64,000 nucleotides of DNA from Antedon mediterranea. Taxonomy: Eukaryota > Animalia > Echinodermata. The stretch covers positions 22,044,912-22,108,911 of the forward strand of contig NC_092675.1 of the NCBI RefSeq assembly GCF_964355755.1. The letters are read 5' to 3'. A program made the position numbers and the translations under genes. The notes beneath the pieces are model-generated. The model was not told the origin of the DNA. It saw only the letters and a list, made by a program, of their open reading frames with translations, and searched no databases. This document shows positions 50,301 through 62,567 of this stretch, in pieces (within the stretch, counting starts at the first letter, position 1; each line of letters opens with the position of its first letter).

Positions 50301-53300
50301 AGGCCTCAACACTAATAAAATATAATAATATTAAAATAAGCATTACAAATTAGTTAGTAAATTGTTTTAACAGTAAGAGGCAATTTTAATGATATGTTTA
50401 CATAAACTGAAAATTATAAAACATACTTGTCAGTTGGCACAAGAGTAAAGTTGAAGCTCACTGGTCCAGACAGAGGGAATCGTGGAGCGTAGGCATAACT
50501 GGCATTTGGGTATGCGAAGGATACACAAAGATCATCAGCCACCAGACGCGAAACATTTGTGCAGAACTTATATTCACTTCGGTCTTGCTCAACTCCAGGT
50601 AAATATTCAAGGACCTGGTCTGGACGAACAAGATACAGGTTAGTAGAGAAGTTAAGGAGGTTCATTGGTTCTTGGATGTTCTTTAGGTTGAATTGGAGAC
50701 GTCCCTTCTTGTATGTCACATTGCCTGCGATGTTAGATGAGTGGTAGATGGTAGAATTGGCCAAGACACCAGTCTCTCCATACAATGGCAGAGTAACACC
50801 CATCTTTCCAGCAATCTCTACAGCAATACTTGGAGCAAATTTTCCTTCAACAAACATTGGCTTCTTAATGTCATCAACTTTCATACGGAAGTGGGTGCGA
50901 AGAGCCATTGCAGTTGTTCCGTTGAGGGAGACATTCATTGGCATACCCATGCTGGTTGGTATCACCCATTCACGCTGGACAAGTATGATGCTCTTAGTCA
51001 TGTTGAGTTGAACTCCATCAGCAAGCTTCTTGGAAATCTAAATTAAATAAAAGTCAACATTATTAACTAGAATATATGTAAAAGTATATTATTGGAAGTA
51101 TATTTAAAATGTTGTTTCCTTTAATTTAATTAGGATTGGAGAGCAACTAAATATCTAAGCAGATTCAGGCTCAGACCAAAATAACATTCATACCTCATTC
51201 ATCAAATCAGCAACCATTTGCATGTTGATCTTCTTGATGTTGGTGATGTTGAATCTTGGCATGATGGCAAGCATTTCTTCGACAGTAGCAAAACCAAGCT
51301 CATTCTCAAAGGCTCTCAGGTAGACAGCTAAGTACTTAGGTTCTGGCATGTGTGATACCTTGGTGTGCAAGTTGTCCAATTGGGTCAAGATTGCCTCAGG
51401 CAGAAGTGCTTCATTTGTCTGAAATATAACCATAATTAGGTAAAAAAGTTATCAGGTAATAACTATGTATTAACATTATATAATTAATCAGTTAAATTCA
51501 TTATTGTTCAATTCAAACACTTTGAGGTATAATTTCTACTACATATGAACAAAAATAAATTAACATTTTAAGAAATAAATTAACTTATCTTACCTGGGTT
51601 GGTTCAGGAGTTTCAAGATCATTCAGCTTGCTCTTCATCTTCTTGATGATTGGTTTGACAATATTTTCAGCTTTGTCAAGGATTGGTTTCCCTTGTTCCA
51701 TTGCCTTTGTGATGTATGGCATTACCTTTTCCATGTATGGTTTAATATTTGCAAAAATATCGTTGGTTTTGTTCGAAATCTTTTCCATTGTTTGTGGAAG
51801 GTTGTATTCAACACTCTTTTTTTGGTAGGTTTCGTTTAGGAATCTCATGAGATCTTTGCTCTTGGTGTACATGTTTCGCATCAGAACATCTGGGAAGTAA
51901 CCTTGTGGTCCAAATATGGCTTCAAGAGTCTCTTCATATCCTTGCATATCAATTCCAAACTAAAGAAACACAAAACCCACTATGTTAAAACCAAATATAT
52001 GATATGGAAAACCAAATGATTAGAATAGAGAATAAAAACATATTTAATCTAATAAAAAATAAATATCTCAACCAAGTGTACTTACTTCAATCATGTAAAG
52101 GCTTCGTCCAAGAACATTTAATGTAGTGTTGAACATAGCAGCACGTGGAATGAATCCATTGGAATTAAAGATGATGTTGGTGTCAAACTGAGAAGAGCTA
52201 GTCTTGTTGATGTATGGCAGACGGAAGGCCTTTGAAAACTCAATGTTTTGCGAGTATTTCAAGATATTCTTTGGATATTCTGGCATTGGATCATCTGAAA
52301 GGATCTTGAACAGTTTTTCACGCAAACTGAAAGTAAATTAAAGACAGGAATTTAAACATATATATTAACCTAATCTGAGGATAAAGAAAAACATTTAGAG
52401 AATGTTTGAGAATAATGTAAAAATAATAATGTATTATAATACTTACTCCTGGAGTGTTGGTTCCTCAGTTTCAAGGACATTCTGGATATGAGATCCAATG
52501 AAAGCTCTGACTTGATCAACTGGCTCAGTACGCATACTGTCAATGATGGTTTTAAGGTCTCTCTTTGCTGGAGAGCTTCTCATGATCATCAGATAAGTAA
52601 AAATACGCACTTCAACATCTCGGTTGGTATCAAGAAGGATCTCTTGCAATGGAGTAAATTGAGCAGAGCGAATGTTGAAACGTCGGAAAGCTTGAATGGC
52701 AGCAAGACTGATGTTGCGTGGAACCGTTGGGTTCTTGGCACAACGGAAAAGAGTACTGATTATTTGATCATCAGCGGCAAAGACTCCATTGTCATAAGTC
52801 TGGACAGGTTCTCCAATGTTGCCAATGGCTTTCAGGGCCAAGAGGATCTGGCGGTTACTCTCAACACTTGCTCCACTATCAAGCTCGTTAGTTTGAGAAG
52901 TACAGTCAATGTTGATGATTTCCTTCAGAAAGGCCAAAGTATCACGGAGAGCTTCTGGGAGCTGGAAAATGATTAAGTAATTATTATTTTTGACTGTATG
53001 TAAAATATCTTTTCAACTTCATTATACTATACAATACTTTTATTATATACTGTAATTTTTTTTAAAGTGTTTACTTACTTCACGCTCTCCTCGGATTTCT
53101 GGATTGTTGATCCAATAATTGTGTACCATGGTACTCAGTGGAAGGATGGATGACTGAGTGCGTAAAGCTCTGGCGATTCGAAGACTTTCATGGATGAGTA
53201 CCTCAGTAGGGTAAGGCTGCATTGCCATAGTGTACAGCATAGCCTGTGCCATTAAAGTATTGACCTCATTTTTGGAAATCATAGTGTTTACCAGGGAAAA

Positions 53301-56300
53301 GCATGGTTGAGTAATGCAGTGGCTCAGTCCATCATAGATGTATTGCCTGTGAAATTCAAATATTTATGCAATTGCGTTGATAAGAATTGATGCAAAGTTC
53401 TTTCCTTCTTTATAATGTACAAGTTTTTATTATAATTATAGGCCTACTGTAAACAATTTCATACCAATACATACCGAGCAAGCTTTTCTTTCCATGGGTT
53501 CTCAACACATTCAGTTCTATACTCTGAGCAATTGTAAGCCATTGGATAGAATTCATGGATGGTTTCATTGCTGAGAGATCGAATGATTGCAACAAATTCA
53601 GTGAATTGTCGTGGAGTGTCCATTTTGACCTCATCTAGTGTGCTGTCAACAAGTCCCATCAACTTTTCAAAAGCAATTTCAGGAGTGTTCATGTCTGGTA
53701 CTCTCTCATTTTCAAATTCATACACTAGGTTTGTCTTTCGGCTTTCTCCTAGCAAACAAAAAAAATGAAATAAATTCATACAAAGTTTACCTTGGAATAC
53801 TGATTTTCATGAAATCGTCTCCATCATTTCTTTAATTGTATTGTCTTGATAACAATCTCAAACACATCAAAACAAAATATGGCCAAAAAAAAAAAAACAT
53901 AACCGCTTACTGCTGTCAAACTTTGGCTTGGAATTTTCCTTCTCAACATTCTGCAGAACAAGTACTTGTGTGATGTTAGATTGTAGACCAGCATCCATGT
54001 AGCTCATTGGACGGAACACATGTCGCTCTTCACACTTGATCAAATCAACTTGATCTCTCTTGTTGATATCATGTTTGCAGAATTGATCGGATATAAACAG
54101 TTTGTCGGCAAGAGTCTATAAAAGAATATTTGTAAGACAAAGTGAGATCTTAATAAAAGTATTATCAAATCATAAAGAACATCATTGTTGCTATGTATAA
54201 ATTTTAAATACAGAAGTCGTAGATTTTACAAAAGAAAAAGCGCATTAATCCAACAAACAACTAAGCCAATTTACTACATTTATTCAAGACTTACCATATT
54301 GGTGACCATCTCTACCAAAGTTGGGAATGGAGAATTCTTGGTTGGGCGATCACACATAGTCAGGTCCTTTTTAGTGATGATGTAGTCAATGCGGCCTTTA
54401 TCTTCTGAGTAGTGAGGTTTGACATCAGCAGTACAATTTCCAAAAACAGTTTCCTCTTTAACGATGATAGATGTAGTAGAGTTAACTTGTTCCAGTTGGA
54501 AAGCGCTGAGGATTCCCTTCTTTATGTTGAGAATATGCAGAGGTTCGGCTTGGTTAGCTTCAAGATTGGTAATCTTGCTACCATCGATGGTGAATTTAAG
54601 TGGATATTTCACCATTTCTTCATTGAAAGCCGCACTTTTCTCTTGCATCTTAGTCCATTCCAGAGACTGTACATCGGGGTCTAATTCCTTGAGGCTACAT
54701 TCCTCTAGCGTCAAGATGAGTTCACACTGTTCCGGTACTTGTATCCGCACCGTACAGTCAACCTTCAATCCGGATAGACGTTCGCTTGTTCCTACGACGC
54801 CAGTCAGTGACTCTGACTCGTAGGTGTACAGATAGCGCTTGCTCTCGACAAATCGAGTTTCTAATACAAGATAACATAATGAAAAACCAAAGTTAGTGAC
54901 AGATGTATTGAAGGAATGACCAATCTTTGGGCCGGCAAAATAACTTTAGATTCAAGTTTATCAATTTCTAATTATCTTTTTTATAACGGCGCCACCAACG
55001 TGTTTTTACCATCATAATTGTTCCATCATTAATGAATCTTTTAAACAATACAATAATAGACCTCTATAATCTTTAGGGGAAATAATTCATTTATCATCAT
55101 CAGGGACGTAAAAGTACGATCTAATTTAGTCTAATAATAATTATTTCATATAGGTACAGTTGTCCCTAAAGTTTCCTATAATGACTTATCACAACGTAAA
55201 TGTTCACATACCTGTGCATGTTGGCAAACGCGTAATATCTGTTTTGGGCACAGGCACTGCAAGAAAATAAATCAGTAAAGTAATATTAATTTTAAACAAA
55301 CAAAAAAGATCAAAAGTCAAACAGTGAAGTATTGTAGATAAGAAAACCACAATGACCTTATCTTGTGTCACGTGGGCAAACAATAGTTTCGTTGCAGATA
55401 CCGTTACACAATTACATATTGATAACGCAATATAAGTTACAGTTCTGAAAGTGACTTTGTGCGGTATTAAGACCTTCGCTGCGTGTGTTGAAATCTGAGC
55501 AACACATTTCGTCACTTCAATTGTATAACCAATGACCCTCTTTAAAAAGTCCATGTAATTGTGCTGCTGACTTTGTAAACAGAACGATTCTGGCGATTTT
55601 GATTGTTCTGTGTCACAAATTATGGGAAGTCATTCACTGGGAATAAGTTCAGAATTGCGCAATCAAGTTTATGACGATTACCATATTTTATAAACACCGC
55701 ACATGCTTAAATTACATAAAAACAATCTGATACATGCGCAAATACTAATAACCTGAAGAGAATGTAGATACATATTGTACATTTAATAATGATAGGCCAC
55801 AGATTATTTGGTTCTACCGTATTTGTTTCATATGTATAGTTTCTGTTGCAGAAATAAAATATGCTCTAGGAAATTTAAGTACAGTATATAGGAGGTAGGC
55901 CTACTTTCGCCCATCAGGACTAATTATTGTTTTGGCTTTTATACACACACGCACATGGTAATATTAATTATAATAACGTACAATTGGAATTAATCATTCG
56001 GTCAAACTCTGTTACAAATATTGTTTAATAATTTTTACTTGTTTAAAAAGGCAAAGAGAAAAAGTGAAACCCGCGTCAGTGAAAATAAAATTTGGGACTG
56101 TGACGATGATAAAAAAAAGTAATATAATTATTATTTAGTATGTTCAATGATATTGAAGTTATTGTACGTTATTTTCGTTATTAAAACATTAAAATACCCA
56201 CATCGTTGTATTACTATTAATATATCCCTATGGTGTTAACGGGATTCATTTTCAGTTGGTACCGGAAATAATTACAGAAGAAATAACACAGAAGTAGGCA

Positions 56301-57814
56301 TATAGTCATTGTTTAATATTTATATGAACAATATAAAATATTAATTGTCAAGCAAACACTTCTGAAAAGGTTAGCTGCGGAGAGATAAGCTATACTTCCT
56401 TTAGTTTGATATGTATTTACGATTAACTTTACAGCCTCGATGTGACATTTCTTTGAAAGATTATTTACGGGTCATGTAAAATAAAAACAAATGTTTGTAG
56501 GCAATAACCATCTGGTAAATATAATGTCACATAGATATCAAACGTTCAATCATTCATAACTTCTCTCAATATGAGATTCGAATTCGGTTCTGTTTTCAAT
56601 CGGTGACTACCATTTAGAGGAGTGTATTTTATATGAATTTGCACTTAAAACGTGAGTACATACATAGTATAAGCATGTATAAGCAATATTTAATTTATGC
56701 GGTTACTTCAACGCCATGGGACTGCAGGTCCCATGGCTTTAACCAATGAATTAAAAAAATATTCAGGGAGTTATTAATTGATAGAGTTTTACTTTAACGA
56801 CATCAATACACATTATATTCTTTAAAAAAATTAAAGTTTAAAATGATTTGGTCCATCCAGGCGGAGCTGATATTTAGGAACGTGCGTCTTCATTGACGAT
56901 TGGTTCTAAATTTCTTTTGCGATATCCTAACAACAATAATACTACGTTGAAGCATGGAGGTATAAAATATTTTATACCTCCATGGTTGAAGTATGAGTAT
57001 AATCAAAGTCAATTGTTTTCTGAGCAGTCAACCAAAGTATTTAAGGTTAATGTATAAACATCCAAATGAAAATGAAAAAGTCAAGTTTAAAATGATTGGG
57101 TCCATCTAGGCGAAGCTGGTATTTAGGAACGTACGTATTCATTGACGATGAATTTCTTTTGCGATATTCTAACAATAATGCTACGTGCTATAAAGTATAT
57201 GAGTATAATCAAAGTCAACTGTTCTCTGAACAGTCAACCAAAGTATGTAAGCTTAATGTGTAAACATCCAAATGAAAATGAAAAAGTCAAGTTTAAAATG
57301 ATTGGGTCCATCCAGGCGAAGCTGGTATTTAGGAACGTACGTATTCATTGACGATGAATTTCTTTTGCGATATTCTAACAATAATGCTACTACGTGCTAT
57401 AAAGTATATGAGTATAATCAAAGTCAACTGTTCTATGAACAGTCAACCAAAGTATGTAAGCTTAATGTGTAAACATCCAAATGAAAATGAACTTTGAACA
57501 CATTAGTATACACTGCATGTATAACAACAATCCCTACCCCATTGTCATCATACGTAGGCCTACTCTTAAAAGAAGTAAGTTCTTTGCTACTATAAATGGC
57601 ATAGTATATCATAGGCCTACTCAATAAGGATTGATAGTGAATTTATGAGTACAATACATTGAACCACATGGGGATAAAACAGTGTAAAACCTCCATGTTG
57701 AAATCTTAAAAATAATATAAATGAATAAATACTGTAAACTTAATTAACTGTAATAATAAGTAGCTAACCTGCAAGTGCTGTGGCAACGAGTAATATCACC
57801 AAACACAACTTCAT
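35303..57814 (-). CDS. Giant apolipoprotein-B-like large lipid transfer protein, 5,255 aa (signal peptide, LLT module, repeat beta-belt, amphipathic helical region, VWD, C8, vWA-like)
   Basis: 26 phase-consistent exons (5'->3'): 57814-57769, 55256-55212, 54860-54295, 54115-53911, 53748-53475, 53346-53079, 52961-52447, 52326-52086, 51959-51594, 51418-51194, 51037-50427, 50311-49817, 49625-49370, 49053-48822, 48667-48399, 48281-47996, 47738-42439, 42235-41652, 41347-40636, 40453-39875, 39728-38939, 38824-37526, 37397-36621, 36492-36077, 35942-35714, 35484-35303 (TAA). Total 15,768 nt. Signal peptide MKLCLVILLVATALA. LLTP motifs: RYLYTYESE, HILNIKKGILSAFQ, ETVFGNC, LALKAIGNIG, QVRAFIGSHIQN, YSQNIE, FIPRAAMFN, PTSMGMP, PRFPLSG. 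QGYEETLEAIFGPQGYFPD closely resembles vertebrate apoB KGFEPTLEALFGKQGFFPD (recalled from memory). Confidence 0.9.
36077..37397 (-). other. VWD + C8 (single exon) and start of the vWA-like domain of the apoB-like gene
   Basis: TAMIFGPLHVYTFD...CSYVLASDF...IKCDSLYQMC...WYYNKTLGLLGTLN...FANAFEI...LAECF...YVEMC; then ADIVFIVSEN...NRYALVAFGG. Confidence 0.88.
37526..42000 (-). repeat. Amphipathic alpha-helical region with 11-mer periodicity and a duplicated ~190-aa module
   Basis: KAVELYDEYSV/KAIEKYDELRV/KLPELYEKLKI/EVRNYYDNVRN; the motif xxINKLTLKY recurs 5 times. Confidence 0.8.
42640..47190 (-). repeat. Coding tandem array of ~43 35-aa beta-hairpin units (70-aa A/B higher-order repeat) inside a 5,300-bp exon
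   Basis: NFTSIFNF...(35 aa)...NFTSLFNF...(35 aa)...NIRSIFNF; a DNA-level match gtggttgttgatta.accagagctgtt.gaggtagc occurs at 45157 and 45367, exactly 210 nt apart. Confidence 0.88.
56834..57490. repeat. ~207-bp tandem triplication in intron 1 of the apoB-like gene
   Basis: aagtttaaaatgatt.ggtccatc.aggcg at about 56834, 57082 and 57288; copies 2 and 3 are nearly identical. Confidence 0.9.
56953..56984. mobile_element. 32-bp perfect palindrome flanked by a 7-bp direct repeat (minimal transposon remnant)
   Basis: gttgaag-CATGGAGGTATAAAATATTTTATACCTCCATG-gttgaag; present only in the first unit of the triplication. Confidence 0.7.
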
Positions 57815-57835
57815 TTTTATGACTTGAACTTGATG

Positions 57836-58085
57836 ATCTCTTTATGCGCTAAAAGGTTTGTATAATTCACTTGCGAGCCTTGGCCCGAATATATCGCCAA
57901 TACTTTCGAACAATGTATTTATAGTAGAAACTTATCTTGCAAAAGCGCTAATGTAGGCGATTTACATAAACTTGCACAATCTGCGATCAAAGGTTCGCAA
58001 AACCAATCACGTTAGCCAATCAACGACAACATAGGTACCTGGACAAAATTGAATATTCATACAAGCAAACGCTGATTGGCTATCA
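57836..58085 (-). promoter_or_regulatory. Probable core promoter of the apoB-like gene
   Basis: TATA-like ttatacaaa about 45-50 bp upstream of the ATG; three CCAAT-type boxes (aaccaatca ~58001, agccaatca ~58014, ctgattggc ~58072). Confidence 0.45.
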
Positions 58086-58992
58086 CTGTTGCCTACAGAT
58101 TCGTATAGTTTGATTTGTTCTAATCTGTTATTACACAATTACAAGTTACCTGACAATGGGCCTAAAAGATAATTTATGATACCTTTGTTTAGTTTATGAA
58201 ATCATTTTGGAAACAGTAAATTCGAAAAAAAATAGAATATTCTGGTACGAAGGAAGAATGCTTACTAGGACTTGTGCAACTAGTTACAAAGCCAAAAATA
58301 ATACAGTATAATTAAACTCTAAATAAAGGGACGGAATATATGTTGAGATTGTTTTGAAGATTGTTATTCAAAATATTCTCTCATAAAGTTTTCTACAATT
58401 TGTATACAGTAGGCCTACTTATTGTTATTATCACACATTATTGTTGTGTTGTATGAGGGTAGGAAGAGTGCTATACCTTATTTTTTAAGAGTAGGTCTTT
58501 GATACTTTTTCAAACCAAATTAAGGTTTATAAACAAGATGCCTCTGAATTGAACTACGTGTACTAGATATCCAAGTAGGATAGTTCATTGAATTGTTAAA
58601 AAAATTATAAACATTCGTGTTTTCGCGTCTCTCAAAATTCATCGTCGTAAATGCACTCTTTAAAATCACGGAACCTATAGAATAAAGATAACCATTCTTC
58701 AAATTTCTTTAAACCATCCCCGGATGGAGAAATTAAGTTTATAATGATTTAAGAAACACATTTATTCACATATTTATACATTAAGTTTATCCTTCTATTA
58801 ACAAGCTATGTTTATATTAAACACAAACAATTTACAATTTAGAAAAATGTGTCTACTTTGCTTTTGAAAGAAGAAATAATTATCTTGTTTTGTATTAGGG
58901 CCAACTAAAATAAATTCACTGAAAAGGAAAAGAAGAAGTTAACTGCAGACGATTAATGTTTGGCCCAGTAAAATACATCTTGAATGTACACA

Positions 58993-60289
58993 TCTATATT
59001 ATAAGTGAGAGAGTTTGTCTGTCTGTCTGTTTGTTTGTTTGTTTGTTCGTTATACAAAATTTTGTTACTGCACATAATCTTACATATGGGGTATCAAAAT
59101 GACCGCAATTGTACCGGGAATGTTCTAAGCTATATTTCAACATCATCCGCCACCTAGGATCCAAGTTAGGGACCAAAATGTGGTAAAAACCCCCACTTTC
59201 GATGTTTGTTCGTTATAAAAAATTTCTGTTTCTGCACGTAACCATACGTATGGGGTATCAAAATGATAGCAATTGTACCCGGAAGGTTTTAAACTACATT
59301 TAAAAAAATTCCCCCGACTCCTGGGGTTTTTGTGGGAGGGGTGGGGGCGGGGGGGGGGGTGGTGTGGTGGTTTGTGATGTCATTTTTTGCTAGGGCTCGG
59401 GGTTGTAGGCTATCGAATTGTAAAATTATACTACAAAAGTTTTACAGTATTTTAATTATCCTCAGCAAGGCGTTTGGGGAAATATAGATATAGATATAGA
59501 TATTTTATTCATTAACCAATATGACACCTATTCAATTACACATTTAGCAAAGTACTTCTACCATTATCCAGCTATGTATCGGTCTCTTGGATTGTCTCAT
59601 TACAGACCCAGTGGGGTTGGGAGATAGGGTTCGGGAGTTTGGGTTCAGGGGATAGTGGGGATTTTGATTGCTTACACCAGAATTGTGGTTGGAAAATGTT
59701 AAAGTATTTAATCATCCATGGGAAGCGGATGGGAGTTTGGGGTGGGGATGTAGGCCTATCACAATGACCGAAACTGTATTTGGAATGTTTTAAACTACAT
59801 TTGAAAACTGCCACTGAGGGATTATGGGTTGGGAGTGATAATAACATAATTTGTTCTGGAACCGGCTTCAACACATCACCCAGTGTATCTGGGGTGTGTT
59901 TGTAGGGGGAGGAGGAGCGAAAATACTAGCGTAATGAAGTAGCCTATATGATTGGATTGTACTAGGAAAAGTTACTAAATTTGAACTGTCCACTAAATTA
60001 CATATTTTAATTATCAGCCAATATGACACCTATTTATTTACACAATTTACAACGTACTTCAACCATTATTAGACCCATCGTAGCTATGCATACTCCTCTC
60101 AATTCGAAGCTTAGGTTGAATTGAATTTGTCCATCACTGGGAAGAATTTGTTTTTAAGAAAGAGTATGGGGTGTTATTGAAGAGGGGTGGAGGTTGGTGA
60201 GTATAGACAGATACTGCCGTCGGTTGTTATGTACTGAGAAGGCTGTAAACTAATTTTGAAACCCGCCCTGGGGCGGGTATAATTGCTAG
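58993..60289 (+). mobile_element. Non-autonomous Helitron (~1.3 kb)
   Basis: Inserted between A (58992) and T (60290). It starts with 5' TCTATATTATAA followed by a (GTCT)n/(GTTT)n microsatellite, has a 3' GC-rich hairpin ACCCGCCC-tg-GGGCGGGT (60261-60278), and ends in CTAG (60286-60289). No TSD. Internal duplications at ~59043/59203 and ~59515/60017. Confidence 0.85.
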
Positions 60290-62461
60290 TAACAAATAAC
60301 TGTAGCTTATAGTTATATTATGGTTTATTGAGAAAAATGAGGACAGTTTCTACAATGTGATTGTCTTGTATATAATAAGACCAAGGATTCCCTGATAAGA
60401 CTAATTCGTTTCGTTCAAAGGATCATATTTCTTAGATTATCATGCCGTACACTTTGATTTTAAACTGACCAGCCAATCAAAGAGCTCGTCAGCACGTGAT
60501 AACAGACCAAAGTCCGAAAAAAAAAATGACGGTATTATTAACATCACGGCGTGATGTAACTACAAAGAAATCTTGCAAATTTATCATTTCATTTACAATT
60601 TAAACTTCATCTGATAAACGAAACATTTTAACAATACTGCATACACGCAGGTTGTGTGTAAATGATAACCATTTATGCCTGGTCAATGACACTATGTTGC
60701 ACAATTTGAAATGAATATACTGAAAAGAATATATTTAAATTGATAATTATAGAAATTAATATAAATAAGTAAAATAAAAAGAATTGTATAATTAAATATT
60801 AAAGTTTCTGCATAAAGATATAACATATTCGAACGAATAATATATTTATTGTGTTGTCGAAATACAAGACATAGAATAGAATAGGCTTATTGTTTTTACC
60901 TAGCAGCAAGGAAGAGCGACTATTTCCTGATTCTTCAATATAAATAATCGTTCTAAAAAATGAGTAGGCCTATATGGCATTAACAATTACCCCGTTACAT
61001 CCGTCAAGGTTAAAGATATGTCGTCCCCTTAAAAAAAAGAAAATTTCAATTTTTTTTTTTAATATGCCATGTTAATGTCACACCTAATATTTATTCTCTT
61101 TGGCTAAAAATTGGATCGAAAAAAAGAATTATTTACCGAACAAAACTGTGATTTACAGAAAAAGGTCAACTGAAAGCCCATTGCATGTTTGACAATGAAG
61201 TTTTGGTTAAATTTAACGGTTTATTTTGTCTTTTTATAAGTGAAATGCGTGAAAAAAGGTAATGTTAGGCCTAATTTATTTGATTCGTTTATTATTAGGC
61301 CCCTAAACCAACTACGAGGTAGCAATGATAATTTCTGAATGAAGTACCGGTATGTTGAAATCATCAATGGATGTACAGTACTGAACATAATATTAATAAC
61401 ACAAGTTCCTTCAAACTGAAATTGAAGGAACGCCTAGTTTCATTTGTGCTTGGAGTCTATGATTCTAAAAGTACCGTTTACACAATGTAAGATAACAATG
61501 AATAAAAACTAATATTTTTACAGTGATAATACATCCGAATCCGGTACAAAATAATCATTGTACAATATCATTAGGAAACTGGAGTAATTGCACAATAACT
61601 ATATACAATATATTTTTCTTAAAAGTTTCAGTAAAGGATCCGTAATTGTAGATAATTGTACGTAGACGATCTACTCATTATTCTCAATAACATACATGTA
61701 AGTACGATTATGGCTGAAAATGTCCCAAACAAAACCCATGAAGCTTCGCGGACGCGGAGTAGCCTACATGTTAGACCCCTGTCTTTTATTATTGCTGACT
61801 ATTTTTCTCAAATGTTAAGGTACAACATTCATCCAGATCTATGTGTTGCCTTTTCAATTTATCTCTTTAAGGACTTGATTTCCTTTTATTATTTTGTTCT
61901 TTGTATTTTGATGATGAATAAAGAATATTTGTTTTTATTTTATTTGTTAAAGGGTCATTGTCACGATTTACGAATCATAAAGATAACAATATATACCATA
62001 GAGGAAATAATTACATATCAATACGTATTTCGCAAGCAATATCATTACCAGTAAGGCCCACGTTAGAAATGTCACAGCCTCAAAGTCAAAGTTTGAAAGT
62101 ACTTTAGGGAAGACACTGGTCTTTTCACAGGAAACGGATACATGAGCGTAACTATTATGTTGTTCCCATTCGGGATTAACTGAATGTGCTAAGGCGTATA
62201 AAATAGTTCCTGTAGTTTGAACGGGAGTGAACTTTTGCTTCGGCTTTAAAGAAATATTCCTGAATGATTTTAATAATGTATCTATAGCTATATTTATATA
62301 AGATAATAATATTTTTATAAAAGAAAAACTTTTAGAGACTCTACTGAAAAAAAACCCACATTAGTAATACACACTGTAGTACACATACTACTAAATGGTA
62401 CCCTACACAGTCACTCTGGAAGTCCCATAAGATACGGTATGCTTGAATTGGAAAGTTCGTG

Positions 62462-62567
62462 AACAAGGCCATATACATGGCTGCAGTCGCGTGCTCAAGT
62501 TAGTGTTTACCGACCGACCGACCGCCCAAACGACCAGCATAGTGAGCTGTAGAGTCGCGACTAAAAA
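62462..62567 (-). mobile_element. HINE/DINE-1-like (Helentron-associated) short element
   Basis: Minus strand: tttttagtcgcg...(ggtc)n microsatellite...cacgcgact (subterminal inverted repeat)...gccatgtatatggc stem-loop...ttgtt. Confidence 0.55.

Noticed and set aside
56713-56737. 10-bp-arm hairpin gccatgggac-tgcag-gtcccatggc
   Set aside because: No clear target duplication or context; could be chance or a tiny transposon scar.
61656-62054. 132-aa ORF and other short intergenic ORFs (18634-19214, 32095-32466, 59572-59874)
   Set aside because: Low-complexity AT-rich or transposon-internal translations, with no recognisable motif or exon chain.
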